Under the pieces are notes generated by a model. It worked only from the letters and a program-made list of their open reading frames with translations, searched no databases and had not been told where the DNA came from. Below, piece by piece: positions 36,701-48,381 of a stretch of DNA of 64,000 nt. The stretch comes from Phoronis australis. Taxonomy: Eukaryota > Animalia > Phoronida. A program made the translations under genes and the position numbers. Where the stretch lies: NCBI GenBank assembly GCA_002633005.1, contig NMRA01000006.1:258544-322543 (forward strand), written 5' to 3'. Each line of letters opens with the position of its first letter. The first letter of the stretch is position 1.

Positions 36701-39700
36701 AGCAGGAAGTCCCTATTTTGACTGAGGAACAACTTGACCACTTTAATCTCAAAACAGTACTTAGTCTGAATCAAGATGTTTTTGGTAGAGTTACAAGCGT
36801 TTTAAGTGAAAAGATCCCATTTTGGGCTAAAATCCATTTTAGAGATTGTTGTCAGGTGTGAGGTACAATTGATCTCATCAAGTTACAAACTTTGACCAGA
36901 GCTGTAAAAGAGCAAAATACGTTTCATTTTCATGCTTTTAACAAAAATAGACGATTCCTAACATTTGCTTCCTGTAAAACTAATTTTCGAGGAGCTTGAT
37001 TTCCGTGCAGTTAATATTTGGCATATTATTTCTTAAATTAAATGTGTTCACCCGACCACAGTTTCGATGCATGCGGGTTAATGTTACAGAAGTCGGATTT
37101 AAATTAAGGCCTTTTCATACTGACTTAACTCAGGTCTGAGCGGAGCGTCGACGTAAACTGCGAAGTTAACTAAACCGTTTATACTGGCCCATTTCACTCA
37201 TTGTGTCAAAACCCAGTGGCCACTTAATTCCACATCAGTAGGGCAGAATGGAGATTCTTGACCAAGCACCTTCACCTACACTCTACAGCTGCTGCCATCA
37301 CACGTGGCCAAAGGTCACGAGAGTTCATGAACCAGGAAGTGTATGTCCCTGATGAATGGCGAATTTGTCATAATGTGGAAAACACTCTTTCTGTCCGACA
37401 TTGAATCAACTCTTTGTTTAAAAACCCCTTTAATAATAATTATGAATAACATAATAAGCATTAAGATGAAAGCGTTCAGAAAATCTACAAAGCTGTTATG
37501 TTTGCTCAGTCTAAATGCGGGTAATGAATGTGACCATGGTGACCAACATCCAAGTTGGCCAAAATAAGCCCATTTTTGCTGTTCAATCATTAAATTTTTT
37601 AGCGAACTCGTTGGTCAGTACTTGTCACTTAATTTCACCTAATAAACTTTATATAAGAATCATTTTACCATGTGGTAAATTTCAGTTTCAACTTTGTGCG
37701 TCCTTGCCTTTAAGAAGGTAACACTGAACAGAGCTTCCGTTATATGGAAGATTCCAAACAACTTTTGTCGCAATTAGATGCAAAAAAATTATAAATTGCA
37801 CCTTCTGGAACTCAGCATTAAAATAAGTTTCCCCCACGTTGCAGAGCCGCATGGCTCCTTCTACTAGGGATTGATGACTGACTGGTTACCGCACAACTTG
37901 CATTGTCCTCTGTCAGTGTTCATTAACAACTGCAAGGCCCATGAGTACGACAATTTATTTTACAGCAAGTTCCAGGAACTTTTTCCACACCTAGTAATTC
38001 ACCTGGATTAATGATAAAATCCACCATCTAGTTTTTAGTGCTTTGCCACCAGAGGTGAAACTTCGCTTTCAGGTGAAGTTTTGGTAAGTGGGAGAGGTTA
38101 ACTCCGTGAATGTACCTCACTTTTTGCTAAATTGAACTATACAGGCTCAAAAAATAAAAATTGGCTTCCTCCTTTCCGAAATGACTCAGAATCTTTTAGT
38201 CTTGCAGACCTTTCACTAAATACAGACTTCTGGATAACGTCCAACATAACCTTAAGCAAAATGTTAGTGTTAAGCAGGACTACTCACTGTATTAAATTGT
38301 AACTCAATGATGAACTGTATAAAATTGTAACTCGATGATAAAGCAAGGTCTGTAACCCCTGTAAGGAGCTTACTTACAAAAGTGCCACCGAAACCGACCA
38401 ATGCAACTGATGTTCTCATTACTACCAAAAGCCCAAGTGAAAATGTTAGCGTTTAAGGAAGTTTGTGAACTTAGTATTTATCCGGACTTGGATAAAACGT
38501 AGACTCATGGAGATGGGGGAAGTTTGAAAAATTTGCAGAAATACTCCTGAACAAAATGAGCAAACTGGACTCAACGATGAGAAAAGCAGATTTTTCACGG
38601 CTGCGTCACACATTTCCGTACAAAGTATTCTTAGCCAAACAGCAGAAACAAAGGACCTGATCTCTACCTCCATCATTTTAACACCTGCACCTCACTATAC
38701 GTAGTGCCTGCCCTCATCTGCATCAGCCAAGGCCTTCAACTGTTGGGTTTCAAAAGCTACAAAGGGCATGCAAGCAATGTTTTAAACCTACTGGATTTCC
38801 ATGTCATTCATCATCATTTTACAACTGGCCGTCATACAACTACAGGTGTTTTTTTTTAAAGTACAACTACCGTAAACATTTGCGTTAGTGCTCATGCTCA
38901 CGTAAGCGCTCACCACGCCCTCACTTTCAAAATTCAAGGACTAAGACCCCACAGCTTGGCTGAGCGTCACCCTCAACTTTTGAGAATGAATGTCCAATTA
39001 GGCACCCACTGTTCAAGCTAGCGACTACCCGTAATTTATTTCACCAAATTCATTTTCGAAACAGTATGGTGTAATTTCAAATGTCGAAATCGGAGCAATT
39101 TTTTTGAGTCGCACCGTAGTTTTGTGGTCAACGCCAGGGACATCTTATTCTGCAAGTGTCATCTGTAATGCATACGCAGAGAATGTTAAAAATGACCGCA
39201 CACTCTCATTCCATGCTATAACAATTTATTTTTCACAAGAATCCATCTTATCTCGATCTTTTATGACCTAAATCCTGGCTTTGCTTAGCTATAAAGAGGA
39301 CAAAGGCAAAATGACATGCATGTCAGGGTCACCTATTCAGTGCTAAGGGAACAAACTCAAGTCACACAACACAAATTACAACCGTTTGTCACAATTAAGG
39401 AAAGTGACCATGGTTCATTCAATAATCTAGTCACCTGCCATGTTTACCAACACCACTTTACATATAAACTGGAACAATCTAACAATCATCCCCTTTTCAA
39501 CCTGTTCATATTATTAACATGAATGAATCCCATATTAATTGCTCATCATCACTATAAGTAAAACATCTAAGTGCCTGCAAAACACTGCACTGAGACTCAT
39601 TTGTCCAGTTATGATGAGCTAATAGGGACAGCATGCTGATGAACCCTGCATTTGCTGAGATGAACCTGCTACTTAGGTCAGCCAGAAGGCTGGAAATAGG

Positions 39701-42700
39701 CCACTGTGTGGTTACAAGGACAACACCAAGGATCAGAAAAATATTAGGAGCCAAAAAGGTAAGATTCAGCTTCCGACGATGTCCGTTAGCGTAATGCGAT
39801 GATGGTAATCCACAGTTGCTACATTCCTTACACTGATACTTGAAATAAATGCCAAATTTCAAATAAAAAGAAAATCTCATTCCAGTGACTTGGATAATTT
39901 TCACTGTGGTGATCTCAGGACAAGGTGAGAGACAAGCACCGACGCTTGTGCTTTTGGACCTCATGCCGCTACGTTTGCCTCAACTCACTTATGCTTTTTA
40001 CGATTCTCACAAAATTTCAACTTTAAACACGACAGACTAAGTGTACACCAGAGGTCAATTTGGCAACCTGCAGCTCACTAATGTAGCCTCAGATTTCGTA
40101 TGGTGACCTCTGACCTGGTAAAGATACCAAGTCGCATCCGAAAGTGCGGTCAAATTACTAACAGGCGGTTATTTGAATTGTTCCGACACGACTCTAACCC
40201 ATGGCCATAACTGTGACTGTTTCAGGAATCAGTTCCGTGAAGTAAATTATGAATGGCTCTGATCAATAGATGCTTACGTAATTGAAAATTCTCAAAAGCA
40301 GGTTTTGGTGGGTGCTCAGCTGTCCAGTGAGCACTTCATCCAAAAAATTTCATAAAAAGGGATGGACACTTAAGGGCGTCACATCAAATGTTTACGGTAG
40401 CATTAAGTATAGGAAAATTTATGCTGCAAACATGACATAGAACTTAAAATTTCTAGCAATCAACCTAAGTGAAACATTCAAAGCCATTATTTTTCATTTC
40501 AACCAACGCCTATCAATCATTTCAAATGTTACCCAGTGAATTTCACTTTATTTACACTAGACACCAGGGATCTTGCAGACACCAACGTTCAGCTAAAAGT
40601 CGTAAGCATCAATTTAAAAACTTGTTTCCATCAGTGAAGTAAATGATTTCAAGTCCTGTCCATATTGATTGTAATTAATCATAGTGATAAAAAGATAATA
40701 GGTGGAAACGGCAATTATTCCATGCATAGCGATAATTTCCTGCATGATGCACAGAATAGTTACTAAATGAATTGTAATACTAACTACGTCTGCTGTACTT
40801 CTGCAACTGGCCGTGTGGCACTGCACCAGTAGCAGATACCCCATTACTTATCAGGGGGCCCACTTCGTAAAAGTTTTTTGGTCTTAACTCGGATCGAAAA
40901 CGGGCTAACTTAAGACGAACCTGTCTAGTCCAGCTAAGTGAAATTTCTGACCGGTCTCCGCTAAAACCGAAAGTTAGACTAATAAAAATAATTTACTTAG
41001 GAATACATTTCATAGATATTTTTCACAACAAAAGTTGGTTCCACGCTACGAGCTACCCTAGAACAACTTGGCGTACATCAACTTGCCCCTGTTCAACCGA
41101 GTGTCAACACAACACATCTTACACCATGCAACAAAAATGCTGCAAAACTGACATACACCCTTACGTATGTAACTGAGCAAATAAACAGCTGTTAATTACT
41201 TCTGACATACTACTACTTGCCTTGGGGCAAGCTACCCTAGAACAAGTAACCTTACCTCCATAAGGTGGGCTAATGCTCACAGGGGTCAAGTTGTCTCAGA
41301 GCAAATAGCTTGTTCAAACTTGTTCTAGGGTAACTTTTAGTGTGGACGACACTATAGAGACAATGAGGGCCACTAACCCACAATGCAGGGTCACTTACCC
41401 ACACTCCTGGGGTAAAGTTCTATACCTATGTCAAAATAGACCGGAAAACCACCATTTTGCGACCAGAACATGTTTCATATCCAACAAATCCTCAACAAAA
41501 TCTCCACAGATGTCGCTGGACTCTTTTTGTAAAAGTCCCGACACATTGCCTACCAACCCCATGTACAACTAAACAATTAGTGGCCAGGCCAACTGCACCA
41601 CAGTAAGACTGACTAACGTCTTTAACGCACTACATAATTGTCAAATAAGTCTGGCAACAGTTTAATACAAGTTTGGCAGAATCTGACCAAAATTCTGCCT
41701 AGTTTATTTTTGAAACTACTGTACCATTTCACGGAAATGAGACGGTACTTTCAGCTCAGAAATGTGTCTTGAAAGATGCAACTTTCGGGACATAAAAACA
41801 ATTTTCCACCCTACATCAATCGCCTGACCACAGACAAATACATACATGGAACTCCAGCCCCAGACCTAAGCCTGGCTGAGTACTTAATCATATGTTCTAC
41901 TGGGCAAGCATAATAAGATAATTGTTATCACTAGACCACAAACAACAGGTGTCTGAACATAGGCTGAGTGTGTTGTGCCACACTGACTGGTCATGAGGCC
42001 TGTCACTCAGACCTAAGATGCAGTCAAAAAAGCAATGAAATTATTTCTTCACCATTAATTATGCCTTGCCAAGTTCGCGTTCATGTTGTTCGATTCTCCC
42101 AACATTCTGTCTTATGTGCAGGGGTTTAGTGAATTCAGACCCAACCTGTTCTGGTGGACTGACAGCCAATGAGTGACTACACCAGCAACTGCCGTCGGGA
42201 ATTGTCAAACAGCGTATCTATAGTACACATGTCCCCATCTGGCCCCATGTCCCCCATCTGGCCCCCACCCTCCAGTCCCATGAGCTGTCTTTACTATTCG
42301 CAGTTGTTTTTAATCCAAATTGCCAGTGATAAATTATTAATCAATAGCTCTCGACTGGTGTTTTCCAGTTTTAAAACTGGCGATAAATAATTTATCTGTC
42401 TATCAACAGTATCCGTCAGGCTTTTTACAAAGTGTAGTGGGCCAGAGAACGCAGGGTTAGGATTTGATCTGACAACCTGAGAAGCGCAAGCTAAAACCAA
42501 TCACAGCACATGGCTGTGACCACTTCATAGTCAGAGTTAATAGACACTGCCTAAATCCAATTATCCCAGATTACAATGTTTAGCTCCATAATCACCACCA
42601 GACACACAGTTACTGCGACATATTGTCACTACAAGGTCAAGGTCAAGGTAAGACTGTCTCAAGAGACTACCACACAAACAGGGATGAATTTTAAGTTGGA

Positions 42701-45700
42701 CAGGGAGAAAGAACGGGAAAAATTTTCACTCGGTCCGTAGCAATATTGGTGAATTTTTCAATCCAAATTTTTTAATCTGATTTTTTTAATCCAACTTGGT
42801 CTTATTTTCTTTGCATGCTGTATGGGACTTCAAGAACTAGCTGATCGCCGAAATTGAAGGCAGGGGTGTCGTTTGAACGACTTGTGAACAAGTCAGAGGG
42901 AAGCACTAGGACACTAGTGTGATCGAGCGTGACCAGCGTTAATGCAGACCCTGATTTTTCATTTTCAAAAACACAGAACCCCGCTTAGGCGAACGTAAAA
43001 TTCAGTTTGTTTAGTAAATAAGCAAAATTCAAAGCGATCAATGACAAGAATGATCTGGGAATTACCTTAACTATTTTCACTGCACAATGCCACAGCTCCG
43101 TTTTACTGATACCTTGCACGTCATGTTTATTGTTTCACGAAATCAGAAAAAGAACGGTGTCACATTCTGAAAAAATGATTGAACAACTACTTGAAAATGT
43201 CTGTTGCAAAGTGATCATCGAACTACTGCATCTGCTGCGGGTAATTACTTTAGGAACCAATAATTCTGTTCAAAGAATTCATATTCTTTGAATTCCATCC
43301 GTTGCCCATGACTGCGGAAAATCGGGGTCTCTATATTAATCAAGAAACCATGAACGAAAATAAATGACCAATGTAATGGATGACACCCAGTTGTTAGTAC
43401 AAAATCTACAGAATGGGGCAAACGTCCCACTGCCAACACATACCAAATAACCTAGCGGCAAATCTTCATCTATTACGTGCACACAGTATAGAGGGAAAGC
43501 AGAATTGTATGTCAACTAACAACTTTCTCCACAAAAATCCAGAATATTTTACTTCGTAATTAGCATTGCTTCTGCTGCACAACAGTCACAAAGCAACATT
43601 AAAAATCTGATTAAGTGTAGCAACCATCATTTTAATTACTATTATTCATTCCCCATATCGATGCAATTACTAGGTGAATTGACCTATCGCCAGGACTTTG
43701 AGTGACAGGTTAACGCAGCATTCTTGACAGACCTTCGTTTCCAATCTGCCATTTTACCCGACAAACAACACGTTGTCGGGAAATACTTATGCTTTGTCGG
43801 GCGTCACATGGCTTTTCGCAAGGGGGGGCGGAGCTTGCGATAGGTCAATTACCACTCTAATCTCACTTCCCAGACCTGAGCATTCAAAAGACTCATAACT
43901 TGACCCACATCTCATGTCCAACACACATCGATGCAGCAAAAACAATGCTGGACCTTAAGACACTTTCTACAGGGCAAATCACAGTCCCATGGGCAGATGT
44001 TGCTTCAATACATTCAAATCCGCTAAACTACGTGAGGAAATTGCCTTCAAGCTAACGTGAACCAACATTGTGACAATGTGAAACTTATCATCACAGTTTC
44101 AAGCACAGAAAAAAGCATTGATGAAAGGATTTTGCCATTCGATAAAACCACTTATAAATAAAATTACTCAATCCAAAGCTAACAGCGCGTACTCTGATAC
44201 GAAGGTAATAATTAAAGGCGATACCAACATCGAACACAATCTGCGAATTCACCATGTCATTGGACAAAAACAACACACAGTATACAACATAAGACTATTG
44301 GTTAGTAAGTCGAAATTGATTTTGAGACACACAAGGGACACAATATACACAGGAGACAGCATAAATCCCCACCATCGCAGCTAAATTTACTACCCGGATA
44401 CAGACATCTTTGCTATAATGCCCCTACCAGGTCAATAAATGCCTAAATAAAACCCCCATTACATGGCAGTTTATAAAATATAGACGACAATGTGACGACA
44501 GGCTCATTTAAAGTTTTGTTTTTGAAGGAGTCAGTGCTTGCAGTGAACGTTTTGCGTAAAACTATCAAGTCGTGAAATTACGAATCTGGTTCCTAGCAAC
44601 ACAGAATGCACTAGAAGCTATCAGTCCTGGTCTATAAAGATAGACAGATATTAATTGAACATGAAATATCCAGCAATAGCCCCCATTTCTTGAGCACACC
44701 AGACACCTACCTTTGCCCCCCAATGTTCATACTTCACAAGTTGCACTATCTACATGTCTACATATACACCAGTAAACTGGGGCCTCAGCAGGTTTGTTAA
44801 TTACCAAGTATGTATATCGAGTACTCCATACCACACTCATTCGGTACAATGTTCGTTAGCTTCCGCAACAAACTTCCCACGCAAACCGTATTTCGAGATA
44901 AATTGAACTGTTAACGCAACCCCACGATGCTATGGCATCTCGCATTCACTTCATTTAAATCCCATCTCAAAATCTTCAAGTCTGCACACTTCGAATGTTC
45001 ACACTCTGACTGGCTGATATTTAACTGTAGTGCCTTCGGTACTGAAATCACACTCGATTTCAAGACTACGTATGCGACAAGTTGGAACTTTAGGGTCAAT
45101 CAGACACTCGACCAAACTTGAAAATTTAAAGACGAGGTTTGCACGTTTTCACACTTGAAAAAAAATCGGATATAACCTGATGGTTTTTGATACACGACTG
45201 CCTTCTTAAAACCTTGAAACAGCTTAAGCAAACACAAAAATCCATGTTTAATGTGCCATTCGAAGTTCACACACGACATCTCAACCAACCAACCTAAATG
45301 AGACAATATTATAAAACAGCCAAATGTTCAGCGCGTGCAGTCGCTCTCTAAAGTGACAAGCACGGAAAACTTCACTGTGTCGCACGGTGAAAATATAATA
45401 CCAAGAAAATGATCAACCGTTCATCAGAATTTCAAGGCAAGAACAATGTGATTGGCTAAAAGGTGTATTCCATAGCAGCCAATCAAAAGTGGCCCAGAGG
45501 ATTATTGGCTTCAAAAAATACCGAAACAGGCACTTTGCGGTTCTATTATAGCATGCACTGAAGTCAGCGGAAAATGGCCACAGATAAGAAATTTTATTTT
45601 CTTATGTACGTCAACATGGTTTTACAGTCAAGCGAAATATTTCTAATGCGTTACAATTTTGTTAGAAAAGACAAGGGTCAGCTTTGGCTGGCAATTTGTT

Positions 45701-47008
45701 GCACATGCATGTCTTTTTAAGTAGTAATGACCACAATGATGTCATCCACATTTTGAGAAATAAAAGGAATGAGTTTGTTCCTTACTACAATACCAAAGTG
45801 GTTCGAAAACTCACCACTAGGGAGAATCAAAATAATTCTGAGTATCAAACAACTATCAATTAAAGTCTCACTGATGTCTATGCAACAAATTAAACAATCA
45901 TCAACAAATTTTTACTTTCCACATAATTTGTTAACCGAATTGACTCACCGAAGAAACTTATAAACAGGCATTCAATGTAAAATTTCAGCAAGTTATATGC
46001 GGAGAAAACTGGGTTAGTATTGGATTACAAGGTGATGGTGAGGAAGCTCTACACAAATAGATATAGTAGCATCCATGGGATGCCATAAGTATATTGACAG
46101 TGGGGTATCCACACTTCATCTCAATGCAGATAAATCTTAAGCAAACAAATCTATCATGCATTTTTGCATGGCGTGAAGAACGCTAAACTAACACAAAATC
46201 AAAATCTAGGCATTATGAGCTAAGAAAACACATGGGTTTATCTAACAGTGCACGAGTTATTGGACTTCAAAAGGTCTGGGAAATTTAAGCTCAGGTCACA
46301 AAAAGCGTATAGAATGCCTCTATGGTTTCATTGTATGGCTGCTGTCCTGCCATTGAACAGACAGATAGTATGCCATTCGACCTAGATTCAAAAGTTTAAG
46401 GTCAACTTCTCAACATTGACAAAATGCCAACGCAATTCGTTCAGCCAAAATGTATCGAAAAGGTGACGCAGTGTAATAAAAAGAAATGCGACCTAGACTG
46501 GAAAGGTCTTGCATGAAAATAGTGGAACATTAACACGTGATTTAGAAGCTAAGTTTCAGCGGAACGTCGATTTTGACTGAACTGTTAAGTTCACACCACA
46601 TGTCGGCCATTTTGATAGTCGAGTACAGAATCGGAGGTCCTACCTGTAAATCAACAGAATTGTTGGCCAACTGACTGACATTCGGCAATGATCCTCCCAT
46701 ATACTTCCCAATATACGGCTGGCCCATGTGTACATTAGGGTGATACGACGTCCCGGGCATCTAGAAATAATTATGACAAATCAAATTATCGTAAAAGCTG
46801 ACAACATTCTACGACTCGCGACATGTATCGGTTAAAATACCAGGAATTTCTGAGACAAATCTCGAAGCAGAGAGCAAAAAATCAGATAGGTACTCACTCT
46901 TGTTGCCCCGGAGACCTCTCTCATAATTGCTTCAAAAGCAGCCGTTTCTTCGGCCTGCTTTTGAGTGTGCAAAGCGATCTTCTCACTGAATTTCCGTGGA
47001 TTCGCCAT
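487..47008 (-). CDS. CRTC1: CREB-regulated transcription coactivator (CRTC/TORC family), spliced gene, 3'-partial. join(46898..47008,46644..46760,15010..15138,13341..13408,12539..12627,12099..12175,8476..8519,7152..7473,2675..2788,[1029..1082],487..750)
   Basis: Spliced translation gives family hallmarks in the right order: [14 protein letters not shown] (CREB-binding N-terminus), [78 protein letters not shown]. All junctions GT-AG and phases chain 0,0,0,2,1,0,2,0,0,(0). Symbol denotes family; an invertebrate gene is probably co-orthologous to CRTC1/2/3. Confidence 0.95.
564..600 (-). repeat. Coding CAG/CAA repeat (poly-Q) in CRTC
   Basis: (gct)n run on + strand encoding [12 protein letters not shown]. 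Confidence 0.9.
1029..1082 (-). CDS. CRTC1: CRTC candidate small coding exon
   Basis: ttatatag acceptor, 54 nt open phase 0-0: [18 protein letters not shown]; weak donor ACG|GTTGGG. GC-richer than flanks; loosely resembles the PSMGID segment preceding QQYR in vertebrate CRTC1. Confidence 0.4.
2235..2395 (+). repeat. Dispersed repeat family member
   Basis: ggcttctaacaatgttgc...ttaatttggtgc...taaattggcgaga shared with about 34230-34415. Confidence 0.65.
2675..2788 (-). CDS. CRTC1: CRTC probable coding exon 9 (Q-rich, low complexity)
   Basis: caccacag acceptor, CAG|GTAGGT donor, 114 nt open phase 0-0: [38 protein letters not shown]. No recognisable conserved motif, so supported by splice signals, phase and composition only. 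Confidence 0.7.
7152..7473 (-). CDS. CRTC1: CRTC coding exon 8
   Basis: gcgtttcag acceptor; IYPTVDTD...[25 protein letters not shown]...HLRHNLP; donor GTGAGT; 322 nt, phase 0. Confidence 0.95.
8476..8519 (-). CDS. CRTC1: CRTC coding exon 7
   Basis: ttttctttcag acceptor; [14 protein letters not shown](S) vs vertebrate SRPKSCEVPGIN; donor GTGAGT; 44 nt, phase 2. Confidence 0.92.
9291..9393. repeat. Minisatellite, 25-bp unit x4
   Basis: accgtcagagtagtctcccctgatg repeated 4 times, one substitution, no spacers. Confidence 0.95.
10496..10630. mobile_element. MITE with GC-rich TIRs and 5-bp TSD (GACCA)
   Basis: Left caggggcggatcaagg, right cctggattcgcctatg; gacca at 10491-10495 and 10631-10635. 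Confidence 0.8.
11660..11840 (-). mobile_element. Repeat carrying tRNA-like module (11709-11783)
   Basis: Minus strand GGTCCCGATGGCTCACTGACTAGAGC...GGGTTCGAGTCCCGGTCGGGGGCA: A-box-like and B-box motifs, broken anticodon arm; homologous to copies near 33431 and 54250. Confidence 0.75.
12099..12175 (-). CDS. CRTC1: CRTC coding exon 6
   Basis: ttcttgcag acceptor; (V)[25 protein letters not shown] (vertebrate WDTKK); donor GTAAGA; 77 nt, phase 0. Confidence 0.9.
12539..12627 (-). CDS. CRTC1: CRTC coding exon 5 (SIK/AMPK, 14-3-3 site)
   Basis: ttttctctgccag acceptor; (R)[29 protein letters not shown]; donor GTGAGT; 89 nt, phase 1. Confidence 0.95.
13341..13408 (-). CDS. CRTC1: CRTC coding exon 4
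   Basis: [22 protein letters not shown](R), compare vertebrate SCPYGTMYLSPPADTSWRR; donor GTAAGC; 68 nt, phase 2. Confidence 0.93.
13409..15009 (-). other. U12-type (minor spliceosome) GT-AG intron, CRTC intron 3
   Basis: 5' splice site GTATCCTTT (15009-15001); branch site TTTTCCTTGAC (13429-13419, branch A at 13420) 11 nt before the end of the intron (CAG ending at 13409); no polypyrimidine tract; joins exons in frame. Confidence 0.9.
15010..15138 (-). CDS. CRTC1: CRTC coding exon 3
   Basis: tgtccatag acceptor; [43 protein letters not shown] resembles vertebrate RHHGLVDRVYRER..RPLSVDK; 129 nt; ends on U12-type donor GTATCCTTT. Confidence 0.88.
16847..17911. repeat. Tandem ~532-bp duplication joined by a single N (probable assembly artefact)
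   Basis: 16847-17379 and 17381-17911 near-identical (about 10 substitutions and a 2-bp poly-A indel); N exactly at junction 17380. Confidence 0.9.
18376..18415. repeat. 10-bp unit x4
   Basis: (cgggaatata)n. Confidence 0.85.
23561..24077. repeat. Perfect 91-bp direct repeat pair separated by 335 bp
   Basis: atccctttgaacaagg...ggtccatttaca at 23561-23651 and 23987-24077. Confidence 0.92.
24950..25150 (+). repeat. Dispersed repeat family member
   Basis: aaaaaatgtccaaatttgg..aactt..gaac and following sequence shared with about 63220-63390. Confidence 0.55.
27173..27301. repeat. Degenerate minisatellite, about 26-29-bp unit x5
   Basis: Recurring ctctgatgctcaat motif. Confidence 0.7.
27700..28235 (+). 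mobile_element. Non-autonomous repeat with internal tandem units and GACG microsatellite tail (pearl/HINE-like)
   Basis: Recurring aaaaa..tgccactag units, ending ggacggacgg...gcataaaa; clearly homologous to 55860-56690 (e.g. ccaaattttatgaaaat..gaggacct.tgaagatacaga.gtaaacgtaaaaaact). Family assignment is inference. Confidence 0.6.
33363..33584. mobile_element. Palindromic repeat with 16-bp inverted ends and internal tRNA-like modules
   Basis: taagaattattagtct (33363-33378) / agactaataattctta (33569-33584); minus-strand tRNA-like module 33431-33504; plus-strand B-box half at about 33519-33553. Confidence 0.7.
35160..35305. mobile_element. 146-bp MITE-like element with 14-bp TIRs
   Basis: ctgggtagagttca / tgaactctacccag; a diverged inverted partial copy lies at about 19640-19751. 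Confidence 0.7.
41052..41335. repeat. Foldback/inverted-repeat element
   Basis: agctaccctagaacaa at 41052 and 41230, inverted ttgttctagggtaact at 41320-41335. Confidence 0.6.
46644..46760 (-). CDS. CRTC1: CRTC coding exon 2
   Basis: ttatttctag acceptor; [39 protein letters not shown] with conserved GGSLPNV site; donor GTAGGA; 117 nt. Confidence 0.95.
46898..47008 (-). CDS. CRTC1: CRTC coding exon 1 (CREB-binding domain, TORC_N)
   Basis: ATG at 47008; [37 protein letters not shown]; donor GTGAGT at 46897; 111 nt, phase 0. Missing from ORF track. Confidence 0.97.
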
Positions 47009-47110
47009 TATGGATGAACTGTGCTAGCTTGTTATGATTCGAGCATTGCAGGGGGTTAGCGTTTATGCACCAATGGAAGGTCGCATTTAAGTCACATGAT
47101 ACTTCATTTC
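47009..47110 (-). promoter_or_regulatory. CRTC 5' UTR / proximal promoter region
   Basis: Immediately upstream of ATG; CCAAT (47070-47074) and GTCACATG E-box (47091-47098). Position-based, TSS unknown. Confidence 0.35.
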
Positions 47111-48293
47111 TACTCAATAGGTGTCAGCACTCTTTCTATTACATTTTCATCTCACCTGTTAGCATACATAAATTGACTTTAAACGATATTAAACTCGTGC
47201 TTTCTGTCAAAAAACAAACTTTGATTTTGGCCACTTACAGTTATAAAATTAGGTTTGTTTTGTTCCGTGCTCTGTTTAGATGTGACCGTTGGGATCGAGA
47301 TTCGAGAATAACAAACAGTTCGTTATTTCTAAGACTAAGATCATTGTTTAGATAGGTATTATAGTTTCATTAGGTTTTTTGCAGTTACGTATCAACGTGA
47401 GACTATAGACATAGCAAATGGTCAGTACAGGAGTTTATTAGCGGATTACTGTTGGTGTAGCAAAAGTTCTATTTAATAACAGTTAGGGGACAAAAATTCA
47501 CCGTGACCAAAATGTTAACTGACCCAGTAATTTTCATGTTGTGAATTTGCATTTCACGACGTACTTGCAATATTACTGTGCATTACAGTATTTGATAGTT
47601 TCTCTTTCTATTTCAGCGATATAAATGTAACTTTGATACTCAATCTTGGAATTCACTTTCTAAAATCGTCTAAGTATCCACTCAACTTCTCTATTTAGGG
47701 TTTTGATTAGACTCACTTTTAATTGTCACTTTCCCGATGAGCACGTATTGCACGGATTTTTGATAGCATACCCCAAGGCCTAATTTCGAATAATTAATCA
47801 TTCCAGTTTCTGAAAAGTAAGCCCAGAGTATTGTCGGAGCCTGAGTTCACAGTCAAATCAATCACTATACATGCATCATTGTTTGACCGTTGCAAATCCG
47901 GTTGAAAATGATATAATTACGACAAACAGTTGGCTGGCTGTAATCGTGATTTAAAATGGTTTTCTAAAATACGTTCAATGCGGCAAAGAGTAGTTATTTC
48001 TAAAATTGTCATTTTGCAAAAAATGCTGAAATAAACACTTTCATTATGTTTCTCCAAAGACTTATTAACTTTGTTCAACGGAATAAACTCGACAAAATGT
48101 ATGCCCAAAGGCGTGAACAATCAAACGATTCGATTTCATATACAGTATCTTGTTAAAGAGACCGTCATTATCGGTTTTACGACCGAAAAAATAAATGTAA
48201 TAATTGTTGGATGGGATAGTCTTTTTAAAGTTATTAACTTTGACCAGAGCTATTAAACAACAAAACCCGCTGAAATCCAGCCCGGTGACTTCA

Positions 48294-48381
48294 CATTATA
48301 TTATCATTATATTATCATTATATTATCATTATATTATCATTATATAATCATTATATTATCATTATATTATCATTATTTATC
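48294..48381. repeat. AT-rich minisatellite, 11-bp unit x8
   Basis: (cattatattat)n. Confidence 0.95.

Noticed and set aside
39611-39658. C/D-box snoRNA (ATGATGA...CTGA)
   Set aside because: Antisense to host gene, too short, no terminal stem.
39506-39964. 152-aa minus-strand ORF
   Set aside because: No recognisable homology; Leu/Ser/Phe-rich like non-coding translation.
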